The notes: generated from the letters alone by a model not told the origin. Shown: positions 1 through 9,888, counted from the first letter of the stretch. The stretch is DNA of 32,993 nt from an uncultured Oscillospiraceae bacterium (GCA_964406835.1 CAYOTH010000001.1:1-32993), one strand, 5' to 3'. Program-made: numbers and translations.

Positions 1-55
1 TATCGCATAAGAAGACGCATTGCGAGGTCGCATTGTGGATTCTTTGACAGGCTGG

Positions 56-84
56 ATCCCCCTCGATGTGTTATCGAGGGGGAT
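56..84. terminator. Perfect 12-bp palindromic hairpin next to the PPIase stop codon; possible terminator
   Basis: Arms 56-67 (atccccctcgat) and 73-84 (atcgagggggat) are exact reverse complements with a 5-nt loop. There is no clean U-tract on the minus strand and only a weak T-rich run on the plus strand. Confidence 0.35.
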
Positions 85-94
85 TACGTTTATT

Positions 95-1312
95 TCAGGG
101 CGCTTCATCGGGATAGGCGAGGTTGTCGTCATACCAGAGAATATCGGCTGTGTCAAAGAGCATGGCGATGCGCTCTTCATAGCAGGCGGTTTGGGCCTCA
201 GCGGTCAATTCCTCGGACAGGCGGGCGCGGACAGATTCGAAGGACACGCTTCCGCAGGCGGACTGATCGACGAGTTGAATCAGGTGAACGCCCAGGGCCG
301 TGACGATGGGCGCGGAGAGGTCGCCGTTTTGTTTAATGGCCTGAGCGGCCGAGCGCAGCTTGTCATCCCAGAGGCCGCCCGTGCGGGCGACGTAGCCATA
401 TTCGCCGGCGGTCAATGGAGAGGGGCGGATGCGGCTGTCATCCTGATAAGCGCTCATCAGCGCGGCGAAGGATTCGCCCTGCTCGAGAAGGTCAAGAAGC
501 GATTGGGCGCGCTCAAGCAGTGGCTCGATCACCCGGGCGGCGGATTCGTTAAGGGGGCCGACTTCGGCGAGGCTTTCTTCCAGCAGAAGCTGATCGTCCG
601 GGTCGGCCAGGATGAGCAGATGGCGGATGCGGCGCGTTCCTTCGGGAATATAGCAGATGAGCTTGCCGGAGAGTACATCGTGCTCAAACAGCGCGGGATT
701 TTGCTCGTAGGCTATTTTTTGAGCCGAAACGCGGGTTTCGAAGGCGGCGCGTAGCGTGGCTTCGTCGATTTCAAGGTCGTCTGTTATGAAAGATTTGTGG
801 CGCGAAAGTAGCTCGTCCTCGCAGAGGCGTTCATAAAGCAATGCGGCAGTGAAGCCGTTTTGCGCCAGCGTGATTTCGGCGGCGGCCTGACGAAGACCGC
901 TGATTTGGGTATCGGCGCAGGCTGTTTGCGCGCAGAGCAGAGCGTGATACTCGGCTTCGGCCTGAGAACGCAGGCGGAGGCGATCTTCCGGGGTTAGTTT
1001 CAGCCCTAGACGGCGGCAATCGGATAAAATCAGCGCGCGGCGCACCGACTGGCGGGCCAGATCGCGCCGAAGGCCATCCAGCGCGTCGCCCTGTCCCAGC
1101 GCCTGATACAAAGGTGCATAATAGTCAAACTGGCGCTGCGCGTCCTCAAGCGGCAGCACACAGCCGTTGACGATGGCCAGAATATCGTTGGTCGTTTCCT
1201 CGGCCAGGGCGGCGGGCAGGCCGATCATCAGGGTGCTTATCAGCGCGGCCGCGAGGCGGACGACCGGGTAATGACGCACAGGCAATCGAAGCGGGAAGGG
1301 ATGGCGGCGCAT
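95..1312 (-). CDS. Secreted or membrane-anchored peptidyl-prolyl isomerase, parvulin/PpiC type with a SurA/PrsA-like N-domain
   Basis: ORF 95..1372 trimmed to the ATG at 1312, which follows AAGGAGG. It has an N-terminal hydrophobic signal/anchor (VVRLAAALISTLMIGLPAALA) and a C-terminal parvulin-like segment (GYVARTGGLWDDKL...GVHLIQLVD). Confidence 0.75.
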   Translation of the reverse strand: MRRHPFPLRLPVRHYPVVRLAAALISTLMIGLPAALAEETTNDILAIVNGCVLPLEDAQRQFDYYAPLYQALGQGDALDGLRRDLARQSVRRALILSDCRRLGLKLTPEDRLRLRSQAEAEYHALLCAQTACADTQISGLRQAAAEITLAQNGFTAALLYERLCEDELLSRHKSFITDDLEIDEATLRAAFETRVSAQKIAYEQNPALFEHDVLSGKLICYIPEGTRRIRHLLILADPDDQLLLEESLAEVGPLNESAARVIEPLLERAQSLLDLLEQGESFAALMSAYQDDSRIRPSPLTAGEYGYVARTGGLWDDKLRSAAQAIKQNGDLSAPIVTALGVHLIQLVDQSACGSVSFESVRARLSEELTAEAQTACYEERIAMLFDTADILWYDDNLAYPDEAP

Positions 1313-1384
1313 GAACGATTCCTCCTTGAAAACAGACGATGCTTTTATATATGTCTGTTTCCGCAGGAACATGGCGCGCAGGCC

Positions 1385-2233
1385 TCAGATTTTGGCGCGG
1401 TAGGATTGGCGATAAGCGGCGGGGGTTACGCCACACAGAGCCTTGAACAGCTCGGAAAAATAGGCGGACGAGGAAAAGCCCAGTGAATCGGCAATTTCGC
1501 GGATACTCAGGCCGGTTGAGGCCAGCATGGAGCGGGCGCGGTTCATGCGACATTCCATCAGAAAGCGATGAAGCGTTGAGCCGGTCTGCTCGCGAAAGAG
1601 CCGGTTCAAGTAGAAGGGATGATAGCCGAAGAGGTGTCCCAGCTCTTGAAGGGTGATCTTTTCGCGGCAGTGTTCATCGAGATAGCGGCTGACCGATTCG
1701 ATCAGCTTTTCGCAGGGGGTAATGGGCGCGCGCTGCGTGAGGTGAAGCGCCTTGATGAGCAGCGCCTTGAGCAGGGCCGAACAGAGCTCGAGGCTATAGA
1801 GGCTGTCCTTTTCGTGCTGCGTGAGAATATCGCCGGTCAGACTGCACAGCTTGGGGGCCGTTTGAAGCAGCACAGGCGCGGCAAACAGCACGGCATCGGG
1901 CGGCAAGGGCATCCGGGCGGGACGAAAGTGCGCGGCCTCATCAGGCGGGAGGCTGGCCTCTCCGGTGTGGGAAAATTCCAGGTCGAAATTGATGTCATAG
2001 AGCACGGCTGGGGCGCTTTCGAAGAAGAAAAAGCGATAGGGCATGGCGGGCGGGAAAATCACTAGCGCATCTTTGTTTAGTGTAAGAACAGAACCGTTGA
2101 TTTCAAGGCGGCATTCCCCCTCGCAAACGGCGAAGAGCCGGTAGTCGTAGGCCATAACAGGCGCTTTATAGCTTACGAAGCAGGTGCGCCTGTCCATGTA
2201 GCGGATATAGGGATTGAGCTGAGAGACGAGCAT
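1385..2233 (-). CDS. AraC family transcriptional regulator (cupin-like N-domain plus C-terminal AraC HTH)
   Basis: The C-terminus reads LQELGHLFGYHPFYLNRLFREQTGSTLHRFLMECRMNRARSMLASTGLSIREIADSLGFSSSAYFSELFKALCGVTPAAYRQ, a typical double HTH_AraC. Start chosen at MLVSQLNPYIRY, which follows GGAAGTG. Confidence 0.85.
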   Translation of the reverse strand: MLVSQLNPYIRYMDRRTCFVSYKAPVMAYDYRLFAVCEGECRLEINGSVLTLNKDALVIFPPAMPYRFFFFESAPAVLYDINFDLEFSHTGEASLPPDEAAHFRPARMPLPPDAVLFAAPVLLQTAPKLCSLTGDILTQHEKDSLYSLELCSALLKALLIKALHLTQRAPITPCEKLIESVSRYLDEHCREKITLQELGHLFGYHPFYLNRLFREQTGSTLHRFLMECRMNRARSMLASTGLSIREIADSLGFSSSAYFSELFKALCGVTPAAYRQSYRAKI

Positions 2234-2344
2234 GAGCGTCACTTCCGTTTGTTTTGTTATGCTTTGTCTTTGCTTTGTGGATTGATTGTAGCACATGGGA
2301 TTGATATAATCAAGGGGAAAAAGCAAAGTGGGATGGAGGAATTG

Positions 2345-3550
2345 ATGATGAGCGGAAAATTAAGAGTCTGTTTTGTGGGCTGCGGCGAATTTGCCGCCTG
2401 CTTTGTGCCGCTGTTTAAGGCGCATCCGCTGGTAGAAAAGGTCTATGTATGCGATCTCAAGGCTGAACGTGCGCGGGATTACAGCCAAAGGTTCGGCGTG
2501 GAGATCATCGATTCCTTCGAGGAGACGCTAAAAAGCCCTGCGGTGAATACCGTGGCGATTTTTACGCAGCGGCATCTGCATGGCCCGCTGGTCAAAAAAG
2601 CGCTGCTGGCCGGAAAGCATGTCTATTCGGCCGTTCCCATGGCCAGCCGCGTTGAGGAATGCCAGGAGATTGTCGAGCTGGTCAAAAAGACCGGGCTAAC
2701 GTATATGATGGGAGAAACCTGTATTTACTATCCCTGCTCGATGTTCTGCAAGGAACGCTATGAAAGCGGCGAGATGGGCAAGTTTGTCTATGCCGAGGCG
2801 CAGTATCACCACGATATTTCGCACTTTCCGGTGGACTTTCGAGCTGATAAGCGAAGCGCCGGGGTGCCGCCGTTTTATTATCCCACGCATTCGACGGCCA
2901 TGGTGCTGCACGCCGTCAATGCGCATGTGACCCGTGTTGTGGCGATGGGCTATGAGGATCAGGAGGAAGACGGTTTCTTTGCCAAGGGGGTCAATCAGTG
3001 GGATAACGTCATTTCGGACGGCTTTTCGCTGATGAAGCTTTCCAATGGCGGCACGGCGCGCATCAATGAGTGCCGTCGCATCGGCTATAAGGCGCCCAGC
3101 TCCTATATCAGCGGCTTTTACGGCACGCAGGGCGCGTATCAGTTCAGCAACGCGCAGCATATCCTCACGCACTTGGCGCAGGGTGGCGTGGATTTTCAGG
3201 ATGTGAGCGCGTTGATCAATCCCTGCGAAATGGAAGCGCATCGGCTCGATGCGGATTTTAAGGAAAGAGTGGCCAATCACGGCTGGCAGTGGGATGCGTT
3301 TTCGCCTATGCAGGATCAGCGCGTTGCGGCGCTGCCTGAATCCTTTAAGGGATTGCCCAACGGCCATATGGCCTCTCACCAGCTGCTGGTGGACGATTTC
3401 TGCACGGCGGTGTTTTATGAAAAAATCCCGACCGTCAGCGCCTGGGATGCGGCGCGCTATACAATTCCGGGGCTTTTGGCGCACGAATCCATCCTGCGGG
3501 GCAGCCAGCCCATCGATGTGCCGGACTGCGGCGATGCGCCCCGGGATTAA
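2345..3550 (+). CDS. Gfo/Idh/MocA family NAD(P)-dependent oxidoreductase
   Basis: N-terminal Rossmann motif (LRVCFVGCGEFAACFVPLF) and family-typical length. It is divergent from the AraC gene. Start placed just after GGAGGA; 2333, 2345 or 2348 are all possible. Confidence 0.8.
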   Translation: MMSGKLRVCFVGCGEFAACFVPLFKAHPLVEKVYVCDLKAERARDYSQRFGVEIIDSFEETLKSPAVNTVAIFTQRHLHGPLVKKALLAGKHVYSAVPMASRVEECQEIVELVKKTGLTYMMGETCIYYPCSMFCKERYESGEMGKFVYAEAQYHHDISHFPVDFRADKRSAGVPPFYYPTHSTAMVLHAVNAHVTRVVAMGYEDQEEDGFFAKGVNQWDNVISDGFSLMKLSNGGTARINECRRIGYKAPSSYISGFYGTQGAYQFSNAQHILTHLAQGGVDFQDVSALINPCEMEAHRLDADFKERVANHGWQWDAFSPMQDQRVAALPESFKGLPNGHMASHQLLVDDFCTAVFYEKIPTVSAWDAARYTIPGLLAHESILRGSQPIDVPDCGDAPRD

Positions 3551-3582
3551 GGGTATGTTTGGTGGCTTTGAAAAAAGCAAAA

Positions 3583-3621
3583 GCAGCGAATTGAGCCTTG
3601 ACGGCTCGGTTCGCTGCTTTT
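3583..3621 (+). terminator. Rho-independent terminator after the oxidoreductase gene
   Basis: Stem gcagcgaa (3583-3590) pairs with ttcgctgc (3610-3617), with an inner gagcc/ggctc pairing, followed by TTTT. Confidence 0.6.
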
Positions 3622-3660
3622 ATGTTTACCGCGTCGCCCAAAAGTTGACGAGGTAGTGCG

Positions 3661-3689
3661 TTGTGCTGTTAACATGATCGTGATATAAT
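3661..3689 (+). promoter_or_regulatory. Candidate sigma-A promoter for the MotA-like/MotB-like operon
   Basis: ttgtgc (-35), 17-nt spacer ending in TGa (extended -10), then tataat at 3684-3689. It lies about 110 nt upstream of the ATG at 3798. Confidence 0.35.
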
Positions 3690-3797
3690 AAAACAGAATG
3701 GGTCTATCCGGGTGAACCGCAGCGCGCTTTGTTGCGTCTTAAACAGAGGAAGCGGTTCGCCTGCGAGAGGCCGGGCGAGTATGAATTGAAAGGACTG

Positions 3798-5372
3798 ATG
3801 CAGTTGTTTAATGAAGTCTGGTCTCAGGTGCTGGAGCAGCTGGCCAAGAATCTGGCCGATAGTCTGGTTTATGTTGCGATGATCGTGCTTTTTGTTGTCG
3901 GATTGCTCAAGTGCATCTATCCGGTCATCAAGAGCCGCGCTCAGCTTCGGCGCGGCATTCGCAAGATCAAGAGCGAAGAGAGCAAGGATGCCTGGCAGGA
4001 CAAGCGCTTTTTGGGCAAGGGCCCGCTGACGGCGCAGTGGACGGAGTTTTTGAACAGCCGTCTCTTTGCCGACGACGAATATCACAACGCCAGCCCGCTG
4101 GATGACTATATTAATGAAGATACGGCAATTTACGACCCGGGCTTTGCCTCCTTTGGCGACGCCGTGCCGGGTATGCTGGTGTCGCTGGGCTTTTTAGGAA
4201 CGCTGATTGGCATTATCATGGGCTTGTCGGATTTTAACCTGGACAGCTCGGGCGCGACGATGGATGCTATTCGCGTGCTGATGAACGGCATGCGCTACGC
4301 TTTCTCGACGTCGATCGTGGGCGTTGTTCTCTCGGTGACGTTCTCGCTTCTGGTGCGCTTGATGCAGGGCTCGACCCGCAAGACGCTCAAGCGCTTTTAC
4401 GATGCCATGCAGCAGCAGGCGCACATGGTTACGGTGGATCCCATCACGCAGATTACGATCTACCAGCAGGAGCAGACGGCCATGATTCACGAACTGGCCA
4501 AGGACATTACTGGCAGCATGACCGACCGCATTGGCGCGGCCATTGAAATGGCGCTTCAGCCGCTTCAGCAGAGCCTGGACAATTTTATTACGGTCTCCTC
4601 GCGCGAGCAGGTGCGCGGCGTGGACGCCATTGTCAATAAGTTTATAGACAACATGGATGCGGCGCTCAACGGCCGTTTCCAGCAGCTTTCCGACACCATT
4701 GCCGAGACATGTCGCTGGCATAAGGACACGCAGGAAATGGTCGAGGCGACGATCAACGGGCTCAACCGCGTCTCGCGGGACATCGTGCAGATTCAGCAGA
4801 TGTCCGAATCGCTGGTCGTCAAATTCGACGGCTATATTTCGCGGCTGGGCGCGGCGCAGCAGAGTGTTGAGGATGGCTTCGGCGCGGCGGCCGATAACGT
4901 CAAGAGCATGGAAATGGTGGCGCGCCAGCAGGCTAATTACATCGCGCAGATCGGCCAGATGCAGACCGATTTCATGCGCGAGGTCAACTCCTTTCAGACG
5001 CGCATGGATGCCTTCACCAAGGCCTATGTGGAGAACACGAATATCTCCACCAATGCGCTGCATAAGGTGTCCGAGGAGCTCAAGGCCAGCGGCGAGGATC
5101 TGCTGACGGCGCACAAGGCCTTCTCCAAAAGCGTCAACGGTGATCTTCAGCATGCGTTTGGCATGTTTGACGCCAATATGCAGGACATCATCGACAAGCT
5201 GACCGGCCTGATTAGCGCTATCAGCGATTCGGTGAAGGATATGCCCGCGATTATGAACGACACGGCCAACGCCTATGCCGATCAGATGCGGCAGCTAACC
5301 CGAACCATCGAGCACGCTCAGCGGCTGCTGGATGAGACGGCGCGCCGTACCGGCCGCGGAGGTGGTCAGTAA
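3798..5372 (+). CDS. MotA/TolQ/ExbB-family proton-channel protein with a long C-terminal helical tail (ZorA-like architecture)
   Basis: Start at MQLFNEVW after AAAGGA. One N-terminal TM (LVYVAMIVLFVVGLLKCIYPVI) is followed by the MotA_ExbB-type TM pair (PGMLVSLGFLGTLIGIIMGL and AFSTSIVGVVLSVTFSLLVRL). About 330 aa of Q/E/A-rich helical sequence follow. The stop overlaps the next gene's start (TAATG). Confidence 0.7.
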   Translation: MQLFNEVWSQVLEQLAKNLADSLVYVAMIVLFVVGLLKCIYPVIKSRAQLRRGIRKIKSEESKDAWQDKRFLGKGPLTAQWTEFLNSRLFADDEYHNASPLDDYINEDTAIYDPGFASFGDAVPGMLVSLGFLGTLIGIIMGLSDFNLDSSGATMDAIRVLMNGMRYAFSTSIVGVVLSVTFSLLVRLMQGSTRKTLKRFYDAMQQQAHMVTVDPITQITIYQQEQTAMIHELAKDITGSMTDRIGAAIEMALQPLQQSLDNFITVSSREQVRGVDAIVNKFIDNMDAALNGRFQQLSDTIAETCRWHKDTQEMVEATINGLNRVSRDIVQIQQMSESLVVKFDGYISRLGAAQQSVEDGFGAAADNVKSMEMVARQQANYIAQIGQMQTDFMREVNSFQTRMDAFTKAYVENTNISTNALHKVSEELKASGEDLLTAHKAFSKSVNGDLQHAFGMFDANMQDIIDKLTGLISAISDSVKDMPAIMNDTANAYADQMRQLTRTIEHAQRLLDETARRTGRGGGQ

Positions 5373-6406
5373 TGCGCAGGCGCAGCAAGTATCGCGGCGG
5401 AGATAATGGCTCATTGTGGATCAGCTTTTCGGATCTGATGAGTGCGCTGATGCTGATTTTCGTGCTGGTGCTCTTTTACGCGGTGTATCAGTATTACGAT
5501 ATGCTTGAAGTCAAGACGGCCGAGCTGTTGAGGCAGTCGGGCCTGCTGGACGAGCAGTCTTCCCAGCTTTCCATTTCCCAGCAGGAGCTGCAGGACAAGG
5601 AAAATGCGCTAATTCTGGTGCAGCAGGAGCTGGATGAAAAGCAGGATGAGCTGAACAGTCAATCGCTCAAGCTGACCGAAACTGAGCAGGCGCTGCTCAA
5701 CGAAAAGGCCAAGCTGCTTTTGCAGGAGGATACCCTCAAGGCGCTTGAAGAGAAGCTGGCGGCGCAGGAGGACGAGTTGAATACGGCCAAGGTCAGCCTG
5801 GACGAGGCGCTTTTGGCCCAGCAGACGCAAAAGGAACAGCTGGACCGGCAGCAGGCCCAGTTGGATAAGCTGGTGGGCGTGAAGAGCGCCATTGTTGAGG
5901 AGCTGGTGCGCGCGCTGGCCAATTCCGATATTAACGGGGCCAGCGTCGATGATTCGGGCGCTATCGTTTTCAGCACCGAGATGATGTTTGACGTCAACCG
6001 TTCGACGCTCAAGGATGTGGGCAAGGCGTTCTTAAACAGCTTTATCCCCGGCTATCTGGAGGTGCTGATGAGCGACGGCTATGCCCAGTATGTCAGCCAG
6101 ATTATCATTGAAGGACATACCGACATCGACGGCACCTTCATGACCAACATGCGCCTGTCTCAGGACCGCGCCTATGCCGTTTTGCGCTATATTCTCAGCA
6201 GCGAGTTTACCGGCATATCGGCCGAAGCCAAGGAGCGCCTGCAGCAGATTGTGACGGTCAATGGCCGTTCGTACAGCGACCCCATTTACAATGATGACGG
6301 AACCGTCGATATGGACGCGTCCCGCCGCGTTGTCATAAAGTTCCGCATGAACGATGAGGATATGGTCAACGAGATGCTCTCCATACTGGAAGGCATGAAT
6401 AATTAA
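5372..6406 (+). CDS. MotB/OmpA-family peptidoglycan-binding stator-like subunit with a long coiled-coil linker
   Basis: The N-terminus (LWISFSDLMSALMLIFVLVLFY) is a MotB-type TM with a conserved Asp. About 130 aa of heptad-like Q/E/L-rich sequence follow. The C-terminal OmpA_C-like domain reads IIIEGHTDIDG...MRLSQDRAYAVLRYIL...SRRVVIKF. Confidence 0.75.
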   Translation: MRRRSKYRGGDNGSLWISFSDLMSALMLIFVLVLFYAVYQYYDMLEVKTAELLRQSGLLDEQSSQLSISQQELQDKENALILVQQELDEKQDELNSQSLKLTETEQALLNEKAKLLLQEDTLKALEEKLAAQEDELNTAKVSLDEALLAQQTQKEQLDRQQAQLDKLVGVKSAIVEELVRALANSDINGASVDDSGAIVFSTEMMFDVNRSTLKDVGKAFLNSFIPGYLEVLMSDGYAQYVSQIIIEGHTDIDGTFMTNMRLSQDRAYAVLRYILSSEFTGISAEAKERLQQIVTVNGRSYSDPIYNDDGTVDMDASRRVVIKFRMNDEDMVNEMLSILEGMNN

Positions 6407-6420
6407 CGGAGGCGTGAGCG

Positions 6421-9290
6421 ATGCCGGAGGCAGTGAATTTAACGTGTGAATACAAGGTCAATCCGATTGGATTGGATCTGGACAAGCCGCGATTCAGCTG
6501 GCAGTGCGTATCCGAGGAGCGCATGATTCAGGGCGGTTACCGGCTGCAGGTTTTCAGGGAGGGCGATTCGACGCCTCTGTGGGATACCGGGCGCGTTAAC
6601 CGGCGCGACAGCGTGCTGGTTTCCTATGAAGGGCCGGCGCTTATGCCGCGTACCCGTTATCTCTGGCGTGTGCGCATTTGGGATAAGCGCGGCCGGGACG
6701 GCGAATACAGCCCCATGGCCTCCTTTGAAACAGGCATGATGAATCGGCCTTTCCAGGCGCGCTTTATCAGCGTTCCTGAGCGGGGCGACATTTCGAAAAT
6801 GCAGAGCGCGCCTCGCCTGCGCCGGGAGTTTGAGCTAGACGGCCGGAAAATCAAAAGCGCCCGGCTGTATGCCACGGCGCTGGGCGTCTATGCCATGCGC
6901 CTAAACGGCAAGGATGTTAGCCCCGATGTGCTTTGCCCCGGCTGGACGGATTAGGCATGATGAATCGGCCTTTCCAGGCGCGCTTTATCAGCGTTCCTGA
7001 GCGGGGCGACATTTCGAAAATGCAGAGCGCGCCTCGCCTGCGCCGGGAGTTTGAGCTAGACGGCCGGAAAATCAAAAGCGCCCGGCTGTATGCCACGGCG
7101 CTGGGCGTCTATGCCATGCGCCTAAACGGCAAGGATGTTAGCCCCGATGTGCTTTGCCCCGGCTGGACGGATTATAAGCGTTGCGTTCAGTACCAGACAT
7201 GGGATGTGACCGCGCTTTTGAAGAGCGGCAAAAACGCCATGTGCGCCACGCTGGCGGACGGTTGGTATCGCGGGAATCTGGTGGCGGTGAACCGGCGCAA
7301 TCTCTTCGGCGAGCGGCTGGCTCTGCTGGCGGAGATGCGAATCCTCTTTGAGGACGGCAGCGAGCAGCTGATCGTGACCGACGAAAAATGGAAGGCGCTG
7401 GCGGAAACGCCTGTGCGTCATGCCGATTACTACATGGGCATCGAATATGATGCGCGCATGGAGACGCCCGGCTGGGACGAGGCGGATTTTGACGATTCAA
7501 CCTGGAGGGGCGCAACCGTCCTGCGGGGCGATACGCATACGCTGCGCGCACAACTGGATCAGCCGGTGCGCCGTCAGGCAGTGATTGCGCCCATATCGCT
7601 CATCACCACGCCGCGCGGAGAAACGGTGCTCGATCTGGGACAGAACATGGTCGGCTGGCTGCGCTTCCGCGTCAAAGGCCCTGCCGGGACGCGCGTGGTC
7701 ATCAGTCATGCTGAGGTGCTGGACAAGGATGGCAACTTCTATAACGAAAACTACCGCGGTGCGGCATCGCAGGTCATTTATACGCTTTCAGGCAATGGCT
7801 GGGAAACCTTTGAGCCCATGCTCACGTTCTTTGGCTTCCGCTATGTCCGGCTGGAAAACTGGCCGTGCGATATTGATCTAAGGGATTTTGCCGGCGTAGT
7901 CATCAGCACCGATATTGCCGTGACCTCCGGCTTTGGCTGTTCGGATGAGCGCGTCAACCAGCTCTTCCACAATATTCAGTGGGGGCAGCGGGGTAATTTT
8001 GTGGATGTTCCCACCGACTGTCCGCAGCGCGACGAGCGTTTGGGCTGGACGGGCGACTGCCAGGCCTTCTGCCGAACGGCCTGTATCAATATGGACAGCG
8101 CGCTGATGCTTTCCGAATGGCTGAAGGATCTCGCCTTTGACCAGCGTGCGGATGGCGCTGTGCCGTATGTTGTGCCGCATGTGCTGGGCGAAAACAGCTT
8201 TGGCGGCGCGGCTTGGGCCGATGCGGCGACGATTGTTCCATGGACGCTTTACCAGTGCTATGACGATAAGCGCGTTCTGGAAACGCAGTATCCTTCGATG
8301 CGTCGCTGGCTGAAGTACGTCTCCACGCAGTGCGAGGATGATTTCTGGGTTCACGGCGATCAGTTCGGCGACTGGCTGGGACTGGATGCGCACGAGGGCA
8401 GCTATGTCGGCGCGACCGACAAAACGCTCATTGCCACGGCTTTTTATGCGCGATCGGCCTACCTGACGATGCGCACGGCCGAGGTGCTGGGCTATGAAAA
8501 GGATGCCATTGAGCTGCGCGCGCTGCTCAGGCGCATTATCCGCGCTTACCGGCGCGAATTCATCACGCCCAACGGACGGCTGGCCGTGCAGACGCAGACG
8601 GCTTATGCGCTCACGCTGCACTTTGATCTGGCCGAGGAAAAGGATCGGCCGCGCATGGTGCGCGAGCTGGTGGCGCTGATTGAAGAAAATGGCGGGCATT
8701 TGACCACCGGATTTGTCGGAACGCCTTATCTGTGCCTGGCGCTGACTGAGGGCGGGGCGCATGAGACGGCTGGACGGCTGCTTCTGCAAAGCGATTATCC
8801 CTCCTGGCTGTATTCGGTCACGCGCGGCGCGACCACCATGTGGGAGCACTGGGACGGCATCAAGCCCGACGGCAGCTTCTGGAGCCGGGATATGAACTCC
8901 TTTAACCACTATGCCTATGGTGCGATTGGCGAGTGGATGATTCGCGCGCTGGCCGGTATTGATCTGACTGAGCCGGGCTATCGCAAGCTGGTCATTCATC
9001 CCCGCCCGATCGATGGACTGTCCTTCGTTTCGGCCTGGCAGAAGACGCCCTATGGCCGCGTCAGCTGCGAATGGCGCATTGAAGAAGACGGGCTGCACAT
9101 CGTCAATTGCAATATCCCCTGCGGCACGACGGCGGTGGCTGTTCTGGAGCAGGCCGAGCTGTGTCAGGTGACCGATGGAGAAAAGCGGCTGAAGGACAGC
9201 GCGGGCGTCGTGCGGGCGTGGCAGTCCGAGGAGGATGTTATGCTGGAACTGGAATCGGGCAGCTATGCCTTTAAGTGGCGCAATGCCTGA
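6421..9290 (+). pseudogene. GH78 alpha-L-rhamnosidase interrupted by a 221-bp tandem duplication (frameshift, TAG at 6952-6954)
   Basis: ORFs 6421..6954 and 6933..9290 share the duplicated peptide GMMNRPFQARF...LCPGWTD. The N-terminus (NLTCEYKVNPIGLDLDKPRFSWQ) and the core motif (DCPQRDERLGWTGD) are typical of bacterial alpha-L-rhamnosidases. Removing one repeat copy restores a single ORF. Confidence 0.8.
6732..7173 (+). repeat. Perfect direct tandem duplication, 2 x 221 bp (6732-6952 and 6953-7173)
   Basis: A base-by-base comparison of the two copies found no mismatch. 221 is not a multiple of 3. Confidence 0.95.
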
Positions 9291-9312
9291 GGCCGGAAAC
9301 GGAGCGTAAAAC

Positions 9313-9888
9313 GTGAAATATATTCGAAGATTTCTGTCGTTTGTGGCCGGACGGCTGGTGATTCTCTGCGTCGTTGTGGCACTGCTGATCCTGGCGTTTT
9401 ATCTGGCGATGAACACATCCAATATCTATATTCTCTTAAACGACGGCATGACGGCGCGAACCTCCGTCATTCTGACGCGTGAAAACGCCGAGGATCTGCC
9501 CAACTATTTTACCAATGATTTCCTGCTGAGCGACGAGACGCTCAACATTGGTCTGAGCGACGCCTCGCCCTACATCGATTACAATATTACCGATTTCAGC
9601 TACAAGCTGTCGCTGGAATGGGTTTGGGCCTGGCCGTGGGAAAACAGCGCGACGGCGACCATCGTTGAGCGTGTCCCCAAGATCACCGGCAGCGTGCTCA
9701 AGGAAAAGGCAGACTTGGTGAAAGAAGGAACGCTTTCCTCTACACCGCCCAGCTGGTACGGCGGCCGCTATACCGTCAAGCTGGTGCGCCTGGAGGGCAG
9801 CTGGAAGATCGATCGGCTGATTCAGACGCAGCTGATCATCGAGGAGGCGACGCCGAGCACCGCGCCGGCGTCCCCGGCGCCGCAATGA
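9313..9888 (+). CDS. Hypothetical membrane-anchored protein
   Basis: GTG start after ACGGAG. It has an N-terminal TM (LVILCVVVALLILAFYLAM) and a Pro/Ala/Ser-rich C-terminus. Its stop overlaps the dus start by 4 nt (ATGA). No family was recognised. Confidence 0.5.
   Translation: MKYIRRFLSFVAGRLVILCVVVALLILAFYLAMNTSNIYILLNDGMTARTSVILTRENAEDLPNYFTNDFLLSDETLNIGLSDASPYIDYNITDFSYKLSLEWVWAWPWENSATATIVERVPKITGSVLKEKADLVKEGTLSSTPPSWYGGRYTVKLVRLEGSWKIDRLIQTQLIIEEATPSTAPASPAPQ

Noticed and set aside
20-754. 244-aa plus-strand ORF at the window start
   Set aside because: It lies entirely antisense to the well-supported PPIase gene (95..1312, minus). It is Gly/Ala/Arg-rich, as is typical of shadow ORFs in high-GC DNA, and no RBS or domain motif was recognised.
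3798-6406. Interpretation of the MotA/MotB-like pair as the flagellar stator
   Set aside because: No flagellar, chemotaxis or sigma-D-type genes lie nearby. The A subunit carries a tail of about 330 aa and the B subunit a long coiled coil, neither typical of flagellar MotA/MotB. It cannot be fully excluded without the rest of the genome.
6933-9290. 785-aa ORF treated as an independent rhamnosidase gene
   Set aside because: Its first 80 aa or so repeat the end of the preceding ORF because of the 221-bp duplication. It lacks the N-terminal rhamnosidase domain and has no convincing RBS. It is better described as the 3' part of a disrupted gene.
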